A stretch of DNA of 64,000 nucleotides from Christensenellaceae bacterium (GCA_963666035.2 CAXXJI010000006.1:2819-66818), one strand, 5' to 3'; positions 9,744 to 19,401 are shown, numbered from the stretch's first letter. The notes: generated by a model from the sequence alone, not told the origin. Numbers and translations: made by a program.

Positions 9744-10382
9744 TTAACTTCGGCTGATATCAATAAGAATTTTGTTTAAATCGCTGGGTTGAGATGCAAT
9801 ATAATCGGCGGCCAGAATTTCATCGCCGCCAAACCCATATTGTACGCCGACGGTGATGAATCCGTTGGCTTTTCCGGCGGAGATGTCGATCGACCGATCG
9901 CCGATCATGACGCCGTAATCCGCTCTGTAATACTGTTTAATCTCAGCCAGCATTTGAATCTTAGATTTGCCGTTGTCGGCAGTATGGATGCGGTTAAAGT
10001 ATCGGTCCAGACCGAATTTGATGCGATTCGCTTCCAAATACGCCTGATTGCCGTTTGAGCAGATTTCCATCTCGAATCCTTTTGCTCGCAGTATTTCCAA
10101 AAGTTCAGGCACACCGGCATACAACCGGCCGGTTTCGTAAGTGGCGGCCACTTCCACCTGGGTAAAAAAACGGGAAAATTCGTTGATTTGATCCTGCGAT
10201 GCACGGCCCAAACATTCTGATGCGATATCTTTATCGGTTAAACCGATCAATGATGTCATCGTTTGAACGGACATAGGAGGCAGGCCGAAATGCATCAGCG
10301 TCTGCTCAAACGCGGCTGCATCAGCAGTCATCGTATCGAACAGCGTGCCGTCATAATCAAAAACGAAAATTCCCTTTTTCAT
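9744..10382 (-). CDS. HAD-superfamily phosphatase
   Basis: IFVFDYDGTLFDT (DxDGT) and GDRSIDISAG (motif IV). 212 aa. Confidence 0.8.
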   Translation of the reverse strand: MKKGIFVFDYDGTLFDTMTADAAAFEQTLMHFGLPPMSVQTMTSLIGLTDKDIASECLGRASQDQINEFSRFFTQVEVAATYETGRLYAGVPELLEILRAKGFEMEICSNGNQAYLEANRIKFGLDRYFNRIHTADNGKSKIQMLAEIKQYYRADYGVMIGDRSIDISAGKANGFITVGVQYGFGGDEILAADYIASQPSDLNKILIDISRS

Positions 10383-10405
10383 GTGTTTATTCTTTATTTG
10401 TTTTT

Positions 10406-11209
10406 TTAACGAATGCTGCCCACTTTGTCCATAAAGGCTTTAACGCGGTCGATATCAACAAAGTTATTAAACAAGCCGTCTTTTTTGAAAGTAGTACCCA
10501 CAACGGCACCGTCGGCGATTTCAAGCTGTTTGGCGATGTTGTCCACGTTGCAGCCCGTATTGGCGAACACGACAGTATCCGGAACGGCTTTTTTAACGCG
10601 TGTCAGAACGGCGGTGTCTGTTTCTTCGCCGGCGGTTTGGCCGGAAACACACAGCACATCACACTGATTATTAAAGACGTTGGTTTTCGCAATTTCCGCT
10701 ACGTCTCTGTCGGCCAAATACTTTGAAGCCTCAGGCACGATATTGTAGAGCATTTTGACGTCCTTTGCGCCGACATATGTCCGATGTCTGGCGGTTTCGC
10801 CGGGGTTGGTATCCCAAAGGCCGAAATCGCTGGCATAAACACCGCTCATGATTTCGCGGATAAACTTTGCGCCGGTTGCCACCGCCAGATCCAGCGATGC
10901 AATTGGATCCCATAGTACATTAACACCGAAAGGAATCTTAATTTCACTCATCAGCTGACCGATGATGCGACCCATGGCTGCAATGGTTTCCGGATTTGTT
11001 TTGGTTAAATAAGGAAGGCTGAACTCATTGGAGAACATTACGGCATCTACGCCGCCTTCTTGCAAGGCGTGGAATTCTGAAAAAGCCTTTTCGACCACTT
11101 TCTCCATTCCGCCATCATAATCATAGTTTGGGTCGCCGGGAAGTGCGCGAAAATGGCACATCGCAACGATTGGTTTATTCGTACCGAATGTTTGCTTTAC
11201 CCATTCCAT
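10406..11209 (-). CDS. BtpA/SgcQ-family TIM-barrel protein
   Basis: KPIVAMCHFRALPGDPNYD and GVDAVMFSNEF are typical of BtpA/SgcQ. I chose the start at MEWVKQ because AGGAG lies 8 nt upstream. The longest ORF would start at 11227. Confidence 0.75.
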   Translation of the reverse strand: MEWVKQTFGTNKPIVAMCHFRALPGDPNYDYDGGMEKVVEKAFSEFHALQEGGVDAVMFSNEFSLPYLTKTNPETIAAMGRIIGQLMSEIKIPFGVNVLWDPIASLDLAVATGAKFIREIMSGVYASDFGLWDTNPGETARHRTYVGAKDVKMLYNIVPEASKYLADRDVAEIAKTNVFNNQCDVLCVSGQTAGEETDTAVLTRVKKAVPDTVVFANTGCNVDNIAKQLEIADGAVVGTTFKKDGLFNNFVDIDRVKAFMDKVGSIR

Positions 11210-11248
11210 TATTTCTGCTCCTAACATTTATATTGAATTGATAAGGCG

Positions 11249-11278
11249 AGTATACCATGTTGTTTCATTAAAAGTCAA
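11249..11278 (-). promoter_or_regulatory. Candidate sigma-A promoter for the leftward btpA-HAD-oxidoreductase operon (TTGACT-18-TATACT)
   Basis: Read on the minus strand, ttgact is at 11278-11273 and tatact at 11254-11249. The spacer contains the recurring tgtttcat motif. Confidence 0.5.
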
Positions 11279-11493
11279 TATGAATCATAAATAATCATAT
11301 AATCAAAATAAATGCATGAAAATCGCTGATATTATCGGTATAATGATGATTAAAGAGAAAGAAATGATTGAATTATTTCATAAAATACTATACAAAATGG
11401 AATATTATGTTGCTAAATATAGGTAAATTGGGCAATATAATGGCCAAAATCGTGTAAAAAGAAACAAAATGATATAATATGAATTAAAATGTG

Positions 11494-11522
11494 TTGACAT
11501 GAAAGAAAACATCAACTATAAT
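11494..11522 (+). promoter_or_regulatory. Consensus sigma-A promoter (TTGACA-17-TATAAT) for the rightward operon
   Basis: ttgaca at 11494-11499, a 17-nt spacer and tataat at 11517-11522, 75 nt upstream of the ATG at 11598. Confidence 0.7.
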
Positions 11523-11597
11523 CACGTTATAAAATGAAAATGACATAGGCGATGCTGTTTCATCCCGTAACGAAGACTGAATAATAGGAGAAGCGAT

Positions 11598-12500
11598 ATG
11601 GTCGAAAAATGCAAAGTAAAAAAGGGAATCAATATTTGGTCGTTCCCGGGAGACATGGGTATTGTCGATTGTATGAAGCTGGCGAAGGAAGCGGGCTTCG
11701 AAGGGATAGAGTTGGCGTTGGCTTTAAAAGGGCCGCTCAGCATGGAATCTACGGATGAAGAAATACTTTCCTATAAGAAAGCTTCCGAGGAAATTGGGAT
11801 TCAGATTAACAGCTTAGCCACAGGGCTTTACTGGCAGTTCTCTTTGACCAGTAATCGGGAAGATATCCGTGAGAGTGCAAAAAACGTTGTTAGAAAGCAA
11901 TTGGATACGGCTGCGCTGTTGGGCGCGGACTGCATCCTGGTGTGCCCCGGTACGGTGGGCGTTGACTTTAAACCGGATGAAGTGGTGCCGGACGCGCATG
12001 AGATTGAATTCTTCGCCGGTTCGGAAATCATCGATTATGATGTAGCCTATGAACGGGCACAGGAAGCGCTGAAGGAACTGGCGCCTTACGCTGAAGAAAA
12101 AGGCGTATGCATCGGTATCGAAAACATATGGAACAAGTTCCTCCTATCACCTCTGGAAATGAGAAATTTTCTGGATGAGATCGGATCGGATTGGGTACAG
12201 GCATTCTTGGATGTCGGGAACATGGTATTGTTCGGATATCCTGAACATTGGATCAAGATTTTAAACAAACGTATCAAAAAAATTCATTTCAAAGATTTTA
12301 GGCGGGGTGCACCCACGCTCGCCGGATTCGTCGATCTGCTTGCAGGCGACGTTGATTATAAGAAAGTGGTTGATATGCTGAACCAGATTGGCTATGACGG
12401 TTGGGCAAACGCAGAGATGTGTCCGGTATATCAGCAGTATTCTGATCAAATTGTATATAACACATCAATGGCGATGGATCGAATTCTTCACAGAAAATAA
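11598..12500 (+). CDS. Sugar-phosphate isomerase/epimerase (xylose-isomerase-like TIM barrel, UlaE/SgbU-like)
   Basis: 300 aa. KGINIWSFP..CMKLAKEAGFEGIELAL and GIENIWNKFL resemble L-xylulose-5-P 3-epimerase-type proteins. Confidence 0.75.
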   Translation: MVEKCKVKKGINIWSFPGDMGIVDCMKLAKEAGFEGIELALALKGPLSMESTDEEILSYKKASEEIGIQINSLATGLYWQFSLTSNREDIRESAKNVVRKQLDTAALLGADCILVCPGTVGVDFKPDEVVPDAHEIEFFAGSEIIDYDVAYERAQEALKELAPYAEEKGVCIGIENIWNKFLLSPLEMRNFLDEIGSDWVQAFLDVGNMVLFGYPEHWIKILNKRIKKIHFKDFRRGAPTLAGFVDLLAGDVDYKKVVDMLNQIGYDGWANAEMCPVYQQYSDQIVYNTSMAMDRILHRK

Positions 12501-12568
12501 AAAAGAAAACAATAGAAGTTTCTTTAGCATAGACAAATAGGGTATTTAGATCTGAAAGGAGACACAAA

Positions 12569-13243
12569 ATGAGATCAGAGTTGATTGTTATGCTCACGAA
12601 TCATGATAAGACAGTGGAAGATGCAATAGAAGTGTTTGAAACAGTCAAATCTTTGCCGGTGAAGTTCTGGGGGTTTAAGGACGTAGGGCTGGAGCAGGAT
12701 AAAATGCGTACGCTGCTTGAAAATATGAAGCGTGCCGGAAAGACCACGTTTTTGGAAGTGGTTTCGTATTCTGAAGAAGAATGCTTAAGAGGCGCTATGT
12801 TGGCCAAAGAAATCGGGTTTGATTACCTGATGGGAACCTTGTATTATCCCAGCGTTTTTGAATATGTCAAGAGCCAGGGAATCAAATATCTTCCGTTCTG
12901 CGGTAAGGTCAGCCAGAGCCCGAGTATTTTGGAAGGCACATATGACGAGATTATCGATGAAGCAAAAGATATGATGAAAAAAGGCATTAGTGGTTTTGAC
13001 CTTTTGGCTTATCGCCATGTAGTTGACGGTGAAGAACTGGCCAAGCGGTTCTGCAAGGCGATTGATGCCGAGACCGTGATTGCCGGAAGTATCAATAGTT
13101 TTGAAAGATTGGACATCATTTCGGATATTTCGCCATGGGCATTCACCATGGGAACTGCAATTTTCGAGAAACGTTTTGATTCAAAGGGAACATTTTTACA
13201 AAACCTTGAGCGCGTAGTAGAATATATGGATAAATTAGAATAG
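12569..13243 (+). CDS. Uncharacterised protein (possible small TIM-barrel enzyme)
   Basis: 224-aa ORF with a good RBS (aaaggaga). I did not recognise a family. Confidence 0.5.
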   Translation: MRSELIVMLTNHDKTVEDAIEVFETVKSLPVKFWGFKDVGLEQDKMRTLLENMKRAGKTTFLEVVSYSEEECLRGAMLAKEIGFDYLMGTLYYPSVFEYVKSQGIKYLPFCGKVSQSPSILEGTYDEIIDEAKDMMKKGISGFDLLAYRHVVDGEELAKRFCKAIDAETVIAGSINSFERLDIISDISPWAFTMGTAIFEKRFDSKGTFLQNLERVVEYMDKLE

Positions 13244-13294
13244 CATCAATCTTGTGTATATTCTATTAATCTGCGCAAGATATGGTGGGAAAGC

Positions 13295-14068
13295 GTGGTA
13301 AAAATGTTACAAGCGGAACGTTTAGAAAAGCTTTACGAGCTGATCAAACAGGAAAAGTACTGTTCCATCTCTGAACTGGTCCACAAGTTTGGTATTTCCA
13401 GTGCAACAGTACGACGCGATTTGAAACTTCTTGAAGACGAGAACAAAATTAAAACGACGCGCGGCGGGGCGATGATTGACAATCGCGGAACCTCTTTGGA
13501 AGCACCGCACGCGGAAAAAGCATCGGTCAACAAAGAAGAAAAATCAAGAATTGCCAAATACGCGTGTACCCTGATTGAAAAAGGGGAAACGATTTTGCTG
13601 GATTCGGGCACAACGCTGCTTGAAATCGCAAAAGAGATGAGGGCCCTTGAACAGGTGACGGTAGCGACCAACGATGTGCTGGTGGCCTGTACGCTGGCCG
13701 AAAATCCCGGCGTATCGCTGACGGTCATCGGCGGCGGTGTGCGAAGAAATTACTACTCAACGTCCGGGCTGTTTGCGCAGGAAACGGTGAAAAGCATCAA
13801 CGCGGATAAAGCGTTTATCGGGGTCGATGCGTTTAGCACAGACAAAGGGTTCATGATTACGAACATGGATGAAGTGGTCATTAAACGTTTGATGATGGAT
13901 GCGGCTAAAGAAATTATTGTTGTTTGTGACCATTCTAAGTGTGAGAATGTGGCTTTTATCAAGCTGTGTGACATCGAAGATGTTGACAAAATGATTACAG
14001 GGAACGAGATAGGCAGAGATATTTATCAATCACTGGTGGATATGGGCCTGAATTTAACACTGGTTTAG
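13295..14068 (+). CDS. DeoR-family transcriptional regulator
   Basis: HTH segment ISELVHKFGISSATVRRDLKLLEDENKI. The C-terminal sugar-phosphate-binding DeoRC part includes ILLDSGTT. The start could be GTG 13295 or ATG 13304. Confidence 0.85.
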   Translation: MVKMLQAERLEKLYELIKQEKYCSISELVHKFGISSATVRRDLKLLEDENKIKTTRGGAMIDNRGTSLEAPHAEKASVNKEEKSRIAKYACTLIEKGETILLDSGTTLLEIAKEMRALEQVTVATNDVLVACTLAENPGVSLTVIGGGVRRNYYSTSGLFAQETVKSINADKAFIGVDAFSTDKGFMITNMDEVVIKRLMMDAAKEIIVVCDHSKCENVAFIKLCDIEDVDKMITGNEIGRDIYQSLVDMGLNLTLV

Positions 14069-14085
14069 TGGGATAGGAGTGCTGT

Positions 14086-14754
14086 ATGAAATCGAAAGTA
14101 AGGTACGAGTATAAAGTGATGATCGCAGAAGGTGCGCATCTTTTCTTTGAAAAGAAGCTGACACCGGGTATGGATTCCGGCGATTTGAGTTTTTATGACC
14201 GGGAAGCGGGTTTGATCTATATCTGCCCGCGCCCGAATGAAAATCTTGAAATCACCGATTGGGGTGTTTTAAGACCGGAAGACGTGTGTGTGATTGATAT
14301 TGATAATAACTGCGTCGAAGGCGGAATTCTTTTGCCGACGGTTGAATCCCCCACACATCTTGCCATTTATCGGGCACGTCCGGAAATCAATGCCATCGTT
14401 CACAGCCATCCTATTTGGTCATCGTCCTTCGCGATTACAGGCAAAGATATCCCTCTGGCGCTGGCTGAACAGTCATTGTTTTTAGGCGGTGAAGTACGCT
14501 GTGCCGAATACGGTCTGGTGGGTTCCGAAACGCTGGCAAACAATATTGTTAAAGCACTTGGCGCTGATCGCAATGCTGCGCTGATGCGCAATCATGGCGC
14601 GGTCGCCATTGGAAAAACGCTGAAAGAAGCGTTTGTTTTAGCTGACTTTGTCGAACACGGCGCGCAGGTAGCGATTATGGCAAAATTACTGGGTGAAATA
14701 ATTGAGATTGAACCGGATAACATTTTGGATCCCAGTTTGATCGGAAAAATTTAG
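14086..14754 (+). CDS. Class II aldolase/adducin-family protein (fuculose-1-P aldolase / ribulose-5-P 4-epimerase type)
   Basis: ESPTHLAIYRARPEINAIVHSHP carries the zinc-ligand His motif. 222 aa. Confidence 0.8.
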   Translation: MKSKVRYEYKVMIAEGAHLFFEKKLTPGMDSGDLSFYDREAGLIYICPRPNENLEITDWGVLRPEDVCVIDIDNNCVEGGILLPTVESPTHLAIYRARPEINAIVHSHPIWSSSFAITGKDIPLALAEQSLFLGGEVRCAEYGLVGSETLANNIVKALGADRNAALMRNHGAVAIGKTLKEAFVLADFVEHGAQVAIMAKLLGEIIEIEPDNILDPSLIGKI

Positions 14755-14774
14755 GACAACAGGAGGGACGCTTC

Positions 14775-15560
14775 TTGCAAAAATCATTTATCGAAATAAG
14801 AGAAATATCACGCTCCTTTGAATTAAAAAAATCAAAACTGGAAGTGATTAAGAAGATTGACATGACCATTGCGGAGAAAGAATTCGTCTGTGTATTAGGT
14901 CCGTCGGGATGCGGGAAATCGACGTTTTTGAAGATTTTAGGTGGTATACTGCCAGCATCTTCGGGAGAAATCATTTTAAACGGCGAGTCATTTGGCCAGC
15001 AGATACCCCCGGTACACTTAAGGGACTTCGGGTTTGTTTTCCAAAATGATAATCTTCTGCCCTGGCGGACGGCGGCGAAGAATCTGTCGTTCACGCTGGA
15101 GATGATGAAAATTAAGGATGAAAACAATCAGCAGCGGATTTATGACATGATGGAACTGGTCGGCCTTCAGGACTATATGGACGTGTTCCCGCATGAGCTT
15201 TCGGGCGGTATGCGCCAGAGAGTGGGTATCGCGCGGGCATTGGTTCATGACCCCAAAGTGCTTTTAATGGATCAGCCGCTGGGCGCATTGGATGCGATCA
15301 CAAGAAAGATGCTGTCCTATGAGATTCTTAACATCTGGAAGAAGACAAAGAAGACCATCGTGATGGTGACCAACGACGTGGATGAGGCGCTTTTATTAGC
15401 GAACAGAATCTATATCTTCTCTAACATGCCGACTGAAATTGCGCATGAGATCAAGGTGGATATTCCTCTGGAAGTGCGTGGTGAAAACATCGTGAATGAT
15501 GAACGGTACAATGTGCTTCGAGAGAAAATCGACGAAATTGTACGCAGCATCGAATCATAG
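14775..15560 (+). CDS. ABC transporter ATP-binding protein, NitT/TauT family (copy 1)
   Basis: TTG start after AGGAGGG. Walker A GPSGCGKST, signature LSGGMRQR, Walker B LLMDQP. Confidence 0.85.
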   Translation: MQKSFIEIREISRSFELKKSKLEVIKKIDMTIAEKEFVCVLGPSGCGKSTFLKILGGILPASSGEIILNGESFGQQIPPVHLRDFGFVFQNDNLLPWRTAAKNLSFTLEMMKIKDENNQQRIYDMMELVGLQDYMDVFPHELSGGMRQRVGIARALVHDPKVLLMDQPLGALDAITRKMLSYEILNIWKKTKKTIVMVTNDVDEALLLANRIYIFSNMPTEIAHEIKVDIPLEVRGENIVNDERYNVLREKIDEIVRSIES

Positions 15561-15592
15561 CGCAAGAATTGGCGAAGGGAGAAGCATTTTTT

Positions 15593-16378
15593 ATGGCTAA
15601 TAATAATAGAAGAAAAGCAAAAAATAAAAAGAGGGACCCGATTAATTGGATCGCCCCGCTCGTCATGCTGGCCATTCTGGTTATCGGCTTGGAGATCATA
15701 GTCAGGGCAACCGGTATCAACCGGATTGTTTTGCCGACACCGTCTGCAATCGTCAGCTATACCAGCGCAGCTTTTTTGGCTGATCTGTGGTTCCATTTTC
15801 TGTACAATTTCAAAGTGATCTTTTTGGGCATGCTGATTGCGGTGACGCTGGGCATGCTGCTGGCGGCAATATGCTCGCAGTTTAAGCTTTTGGTTCAGGC
15901 GATCACACCGGTGGTTATCCTCTTGGTTGTCACTCCCATGATTACACTGATTCCGCTGATGCAGCTTTGGCTGGGATCCAACCCGAACATCCGTATTCTG
16001 GTGGTTATGATCAGCTGTACGCCGATCATTATGCTCAATACGCTGACCGGATTTACCAATATTGAAGCGGCAAAACTCGAACTGGCAAAATCGATGGGCG
16101 CAAGCAAATTACAAACATTTATGAAGGTGATTTTACCAAATGCGATGCCGCAGGTTTTTACCGGAATTAAACTGGGATGTATTTTTTCAACCATCGGATC
16201 GGTTACCGCTGACTTTGTATATGGTATGCAGGGGCTTGGTTTTAAGATTCAGCAGTACACAAAATATGTTATGACTGAGCAGATATATGGTTCGATCATA
16301 TTGATTGCAATCATCGGATTTGTACTCTATAAAATCGTTGCCATGATTGAAGAAAAAGTCGTCATCTGGAAAATATGA
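15593..16378 (+). CDS. ABC transporter permease, NitT/TauT family (copy 1)
   Basis: A multi-TM protein with the EAA-like loop AKLELAKSMGASKLQTFMKVILPNAMP. I preferred ATG 15593. The ORF is open from 15569. Confidence 0.8.
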   Translation: MANNNRRKAKNKKRDPINWIAPLVMLAILVIGLEIIVRATGINRIVLPTPSAIVSYTSAAFLADLWFHFLYNFKVIFLGMLIAVTLGMLLAAICSQFKLLVQAITPVVILLVVTPMITLIPLMQLWLGSNPNIRILVVMISCTPIIMLNTLTGFTNIEAAKLELAKSMGASKLQTFMKVILPNAMPQVFTGIKLGCIFSTIGSVTADFVYGMQGLGFKIQQYTKYVMTEQIYGSIILIAIIGFVLYKIVAMIEEKVVIWKI

Positions 16379-16422
16379 TTCGAATACGCTCGCTTTTTTA
16401 GTGCGAACGAGGAGGTGCTCCT

Positions 16423-17223
16423 TTGCAACAACATAAAATAGTATTTGACAATGTAACCAAGATATTTAAGACGAGCCGACAGACTATCACAGCGGTCAAA
16501 GATGTTAGCTTTAAAATTGAAGATGGAGATTTTGTTTCGCTGATCGGTCCTTCCGGATGCGGTAAGTCGACGGTTATCCGTTTGCTGGACGACATCATCA
16601 AACCGACTACTGGTGATATCTATATTGACGGCGAGGAAATTCCGAAGAAAAAGAAGATTTCACCCGAACAGATCAAGAAGATGGGCTTTATCTTTCAGCA
16701 ACCCAATCTATTGCCCTGGCTGACGGTGCGTCAGAACGTAGCACTGCCGCTGAAGGTTTTTGGTTTAAGAGGGGCGAAGTGGGAAGAAAACGTGGACCGG
16801 CTGATCGATATGGTGGGTATGGCCAAATATCAGGATGCGTTCCCGACCGAGATTTCGGGCGGCATGGTACAGCGTGTGGGGGTTATCCGCGCAATGGTGC
16901 ACAACCCCGAAATTCTGCTGATGGATGAACCGTTCGGGGCGCTCGACGAGATGACGCGTGAACAGCTCAATATCGAACTGCTGGACATTTGGAGAAAAAC
17001 CAAAAAGACCATTATCTTTATCACGCATAACGTTCAGGAAGCGATTCTGCTGTCATCAAAAGCTTATGTGATGGGAACCAATCCCGGCCGGATTGTGGCG
17101 GAAGTGGATATTGATCTGCCAAGGCCGAGAACACTGTCAATGATTACGAGTGATCGTTTTATCGCGTATGAAAAAGAACTGACCGATCTGATCGGAAAAG
17201 TTGATTTAAGCAAAATCAAGTAG
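16423..17223 (+). CDS. ABC transporter ATP-binding protein, NitT/TauT family (copy 2)
   Basis: TTG start after GAGGAGG. Walker A GPSGCGKST, signature ISGGMVQR, Walker B LLMDEP. Confidence 0.85.
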   Translation: MQQHKIVFDNVTKIFKTSRQTITAVKDVSFKIEDGDFVSLIGPSGCGKSTVIRLLDDIIKPTTGDIYIDGEEIPKKKKISPEQIKKMGFIFQQPNLLPWLTVRQNVALPLKVFGLRGAKWEENVDRLIDMVGMAKYQDAFPTEISGGMVQRVGVIRAMVHNPEILLMDEPFGALDEMTREQLNIELLDIWRKTKKTIIFITHNVQEAILLSSKAYVMGTNPGRIVAEVDIDLPRPRTLSMITSDRFIAYEKELTDLIGKVDLSKIK

Positions 17224-17235
17224 GAGGAACACACA

Positions 17236-17991
17236 TTGAAGAAAAGAGAAAAACTAATCGGAATTATTGCTCCTGTTGTCATGTTCCTGCTTCTGTTTTT
17301 TGTGTGGGAGATGACAATCAGAGTATTCGATATACCGAGATGGGTAATACCGGGACCGATTGCGATTATCACGACCATGCTGACGGATTTTTCGGTTTTC
17401 TGGCCGCATATCTGGATGAGCATGCTAACTATATTCACCGGATTCATCATCGCGGTACCGATGGGAATTCTGCTCGGCGCGTTGATTACGAATTTTAGAA
17501 TCGTCAATGCGGCCTTGGATCCGTTCATTATCTTTCTTGTGGTAACGCCTTTGGTCACGCTGGTTCCACTGCTGATGTACTTCATGGGCTTCGGCATCAA
17601 CGTCAGAATTCTGGCAGTGGTGATCCAGGCATTTGCGATCGTTAATATGAATGCGGCGACCGGATTTAACAATGTGGAACGTATCCGTTTAGAACTGATG
17701 CAGTCCATGCGGGCCAACCGCTTGCAGGCGTTTTTCCGGGTGATTTTTCCTTCGGCGCTGCCGGATGTTTTCACCGGAATCAAGCTGTGCGGAATCTTTG
17801 CAACAACTGCCTGTGTCAGCGTAGAGTACGTCGGCGGCAATCAGGGACTGGGCAGTCAGATTATCAAGTACACGCAGTTTATCAACACAGAAAAAGCATT
17901 TGCGTGTATCTTCTTTGTGGCAATCATCGGTATCGCACTTTATTCGCTGATCTCTCTGGCAGAGAAATTGATTATTAAATGGTCTATTTAA
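17236..17991 (+). CDS. ABC transporter permease, NitT/TauT family (copy 2)
   Basis: TTG start after AGGAGG. The EAA-like loop is RLELMQSMRANRLQAFFRVIFPSALP. It is paralogous to the 15593 gene. Confidence 0.8.
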   Translation: MKKREKLIGIIAPVVMFLLLFFVWEMTIRVFDIPRWVIPGPIAIITTMLTDFSVFWPHIWMSMLTIFTGFIIAVPMGILLGALITNFRIVNAALDPFIIFLVVTPLVTLVPLLMYFMGFGINVRILAVVIQAFAIVNMNAATGFNNVERIRLELMQSMRANRLQAFFRVIFPSALPDVFTGIKLCGIFATTACVSVEYVGGNQGLGSQIIKYTQFINTEKAFACIFFVAIIGIALYSLISLAEKLIIKWSI

Positions 17992-18023
17992 AGTAACAGA
18001 CTGTCATAAGAAGGAGGCTTATT

Positions 18024-19349
18024 ATGACATCCAAAGAAAAAGTCATCGCTTATATCGATCAGAATCAAGATGAAATTGTCAAGTTTTTGATGGATATGGT
18101 GGCGATACCCTCGGTCAACGACGGAGTAAACACCAATGAAACGCCGGTTCAGAACTGGCTGGAATCGAATTTGAAGACTTTTAAGTTTGATACCGTTGAC
18201 AAATTTGCTGTGGATGAAAAACAGCAAAGACCGAATGTGGTTGGCGTTATTAAAGGCAAAGGCCAGGGTAAATCGCTGCTGCTTAACGGACATGTGGACG
18301 TTGTGCCGGTTGCAAAACCGGAAGTATGGCAGTGTGACCCTTTTAAACCTGAGATCATCGAAGGAAACATTTACGGCAGAGGCACAAGCGACATGAAAGG
18401 TGGGCTTACGGCGGCGGTTTGGGCCATGAAAGCGCTGATCGACTGCGGGGTAAAGCCCAAAGGCGATGTCATTCTTCAAGCGGTTGTGGGCGAAGAATCA
18501 CAGCAGGCGGAAGAACTCGGCACAGTCCAGTGTTTAAAACGCGGATACACCGCCGACTTTGGTATCGTATGTGAGCCGTCCGATTTAGAAGTGCATATCG
18601 CATCTTCTGCACTCTTCCTTTTTGATCTATATGTAGAAGGCAAAGCGGTGCATATTTCGGCAAGGAATCAAGCCGTGTTTCCACAGCCGTACGGCGTCCC
18701 CAGTGGGAAAGACGTTGGCGTGGATGCCTTTAAAAAATCGTTGATGTTTGTAGATTATTTCTATCGTCTGGAAGAAGAATGGAACCATCGCTACCGTGAT
18801 AAGATTTTGGGCGGCGGCGGATATGGTGAGAAAGACGCGCAAGGCGTCGGAATATTCACCATCAATCCTTCTTCAATCGAAGGCGGTGTCTATCTGGGTT
18901 CGGTGCCCTCAAAAGTGAAATACACCTATGGTGTCTGGTATCCGGACCAACTGGTTAAGCCGGAGGTTTTGTATGAGGAGATCAAAAACGGCGTTGCCGC
19001 ACTGGCATCCACCGATGATTTCCTGCGGGAAAATCCGCCGAAACTGACCATACCGACCCTGCAGGATTGGCCCGGGTTCAAAGTGGATCCGGAGAACCCC
19101 GGGGTACAGATGATGAAAGGCGCGGTGGAATCGGCCAGAGGCAAAAAAGCAGTTATCTCCGGGTTCAAAGCTGTATGTGATGCATACTATCTTAACAAAA
19201 ACGGCGTGGATACCATCATCTACGGCCCGGGATCACTCAGCTATTCTGTGCACGGCGACAATGAGTTTATGCCGATCGAACATTTGGTGGAAGCCGCAAA
19301 GGTCTATGCATCCGCAATCATCGATTGGTGCGGAATCGACGAAAATTGA
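18024..19349 (+). CDS. M20-family amidohydrolase/deacylase (ArgE/DapE type)
   Basis: 441 aa with LLLNGHVDVVP and GRGTSDMKGG metal and catalytic motifs. Confidence 0.85.
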   Translation: MTSKEKVIAYIDQNQDEIVKFLMDMVAIPSVNDGVNTNETPVQNWLESNLKTFKFDTVDKFAVDEKQQRPNVVGVIKGKGQGKSLLLNGHVDVVPVAKPEVWQCDPFKPEIIEGNIYGRGTSDMKGGLTAAVWAMKALIDCGVKPKGDVILQAVVGEESQQAEELGTVQCLKRGYTADFGIVCEPSDLEVHIASSALFLFDLYVEGKAVHISARNQAVFPQPYGVPSGKDVGVDAFKKSLMFVDYFYRLEEEWNHRYRDKILGGGGYGEKDAQGVGIFTINPSSIEGGVYLGSVPSKVKYTYGVWYPDQLVKPEVLYEEIKNGVAALASTDDFLRENPPKLTIPTLQDWPGFKVDPENPGVQMMKGAVESARGKKAVISGFKAVCDAYYLNKNGVDTIIYGPGSLSYSVHGDNEFMPIEHLVEAAKVYASAIIDWCGIDEN

Positions 19350-19401
19350 TTACAGTTTGGAACAGAAATGTTCCCATAAATAAAAAGGAGGAAAGCAAGA
19401 A

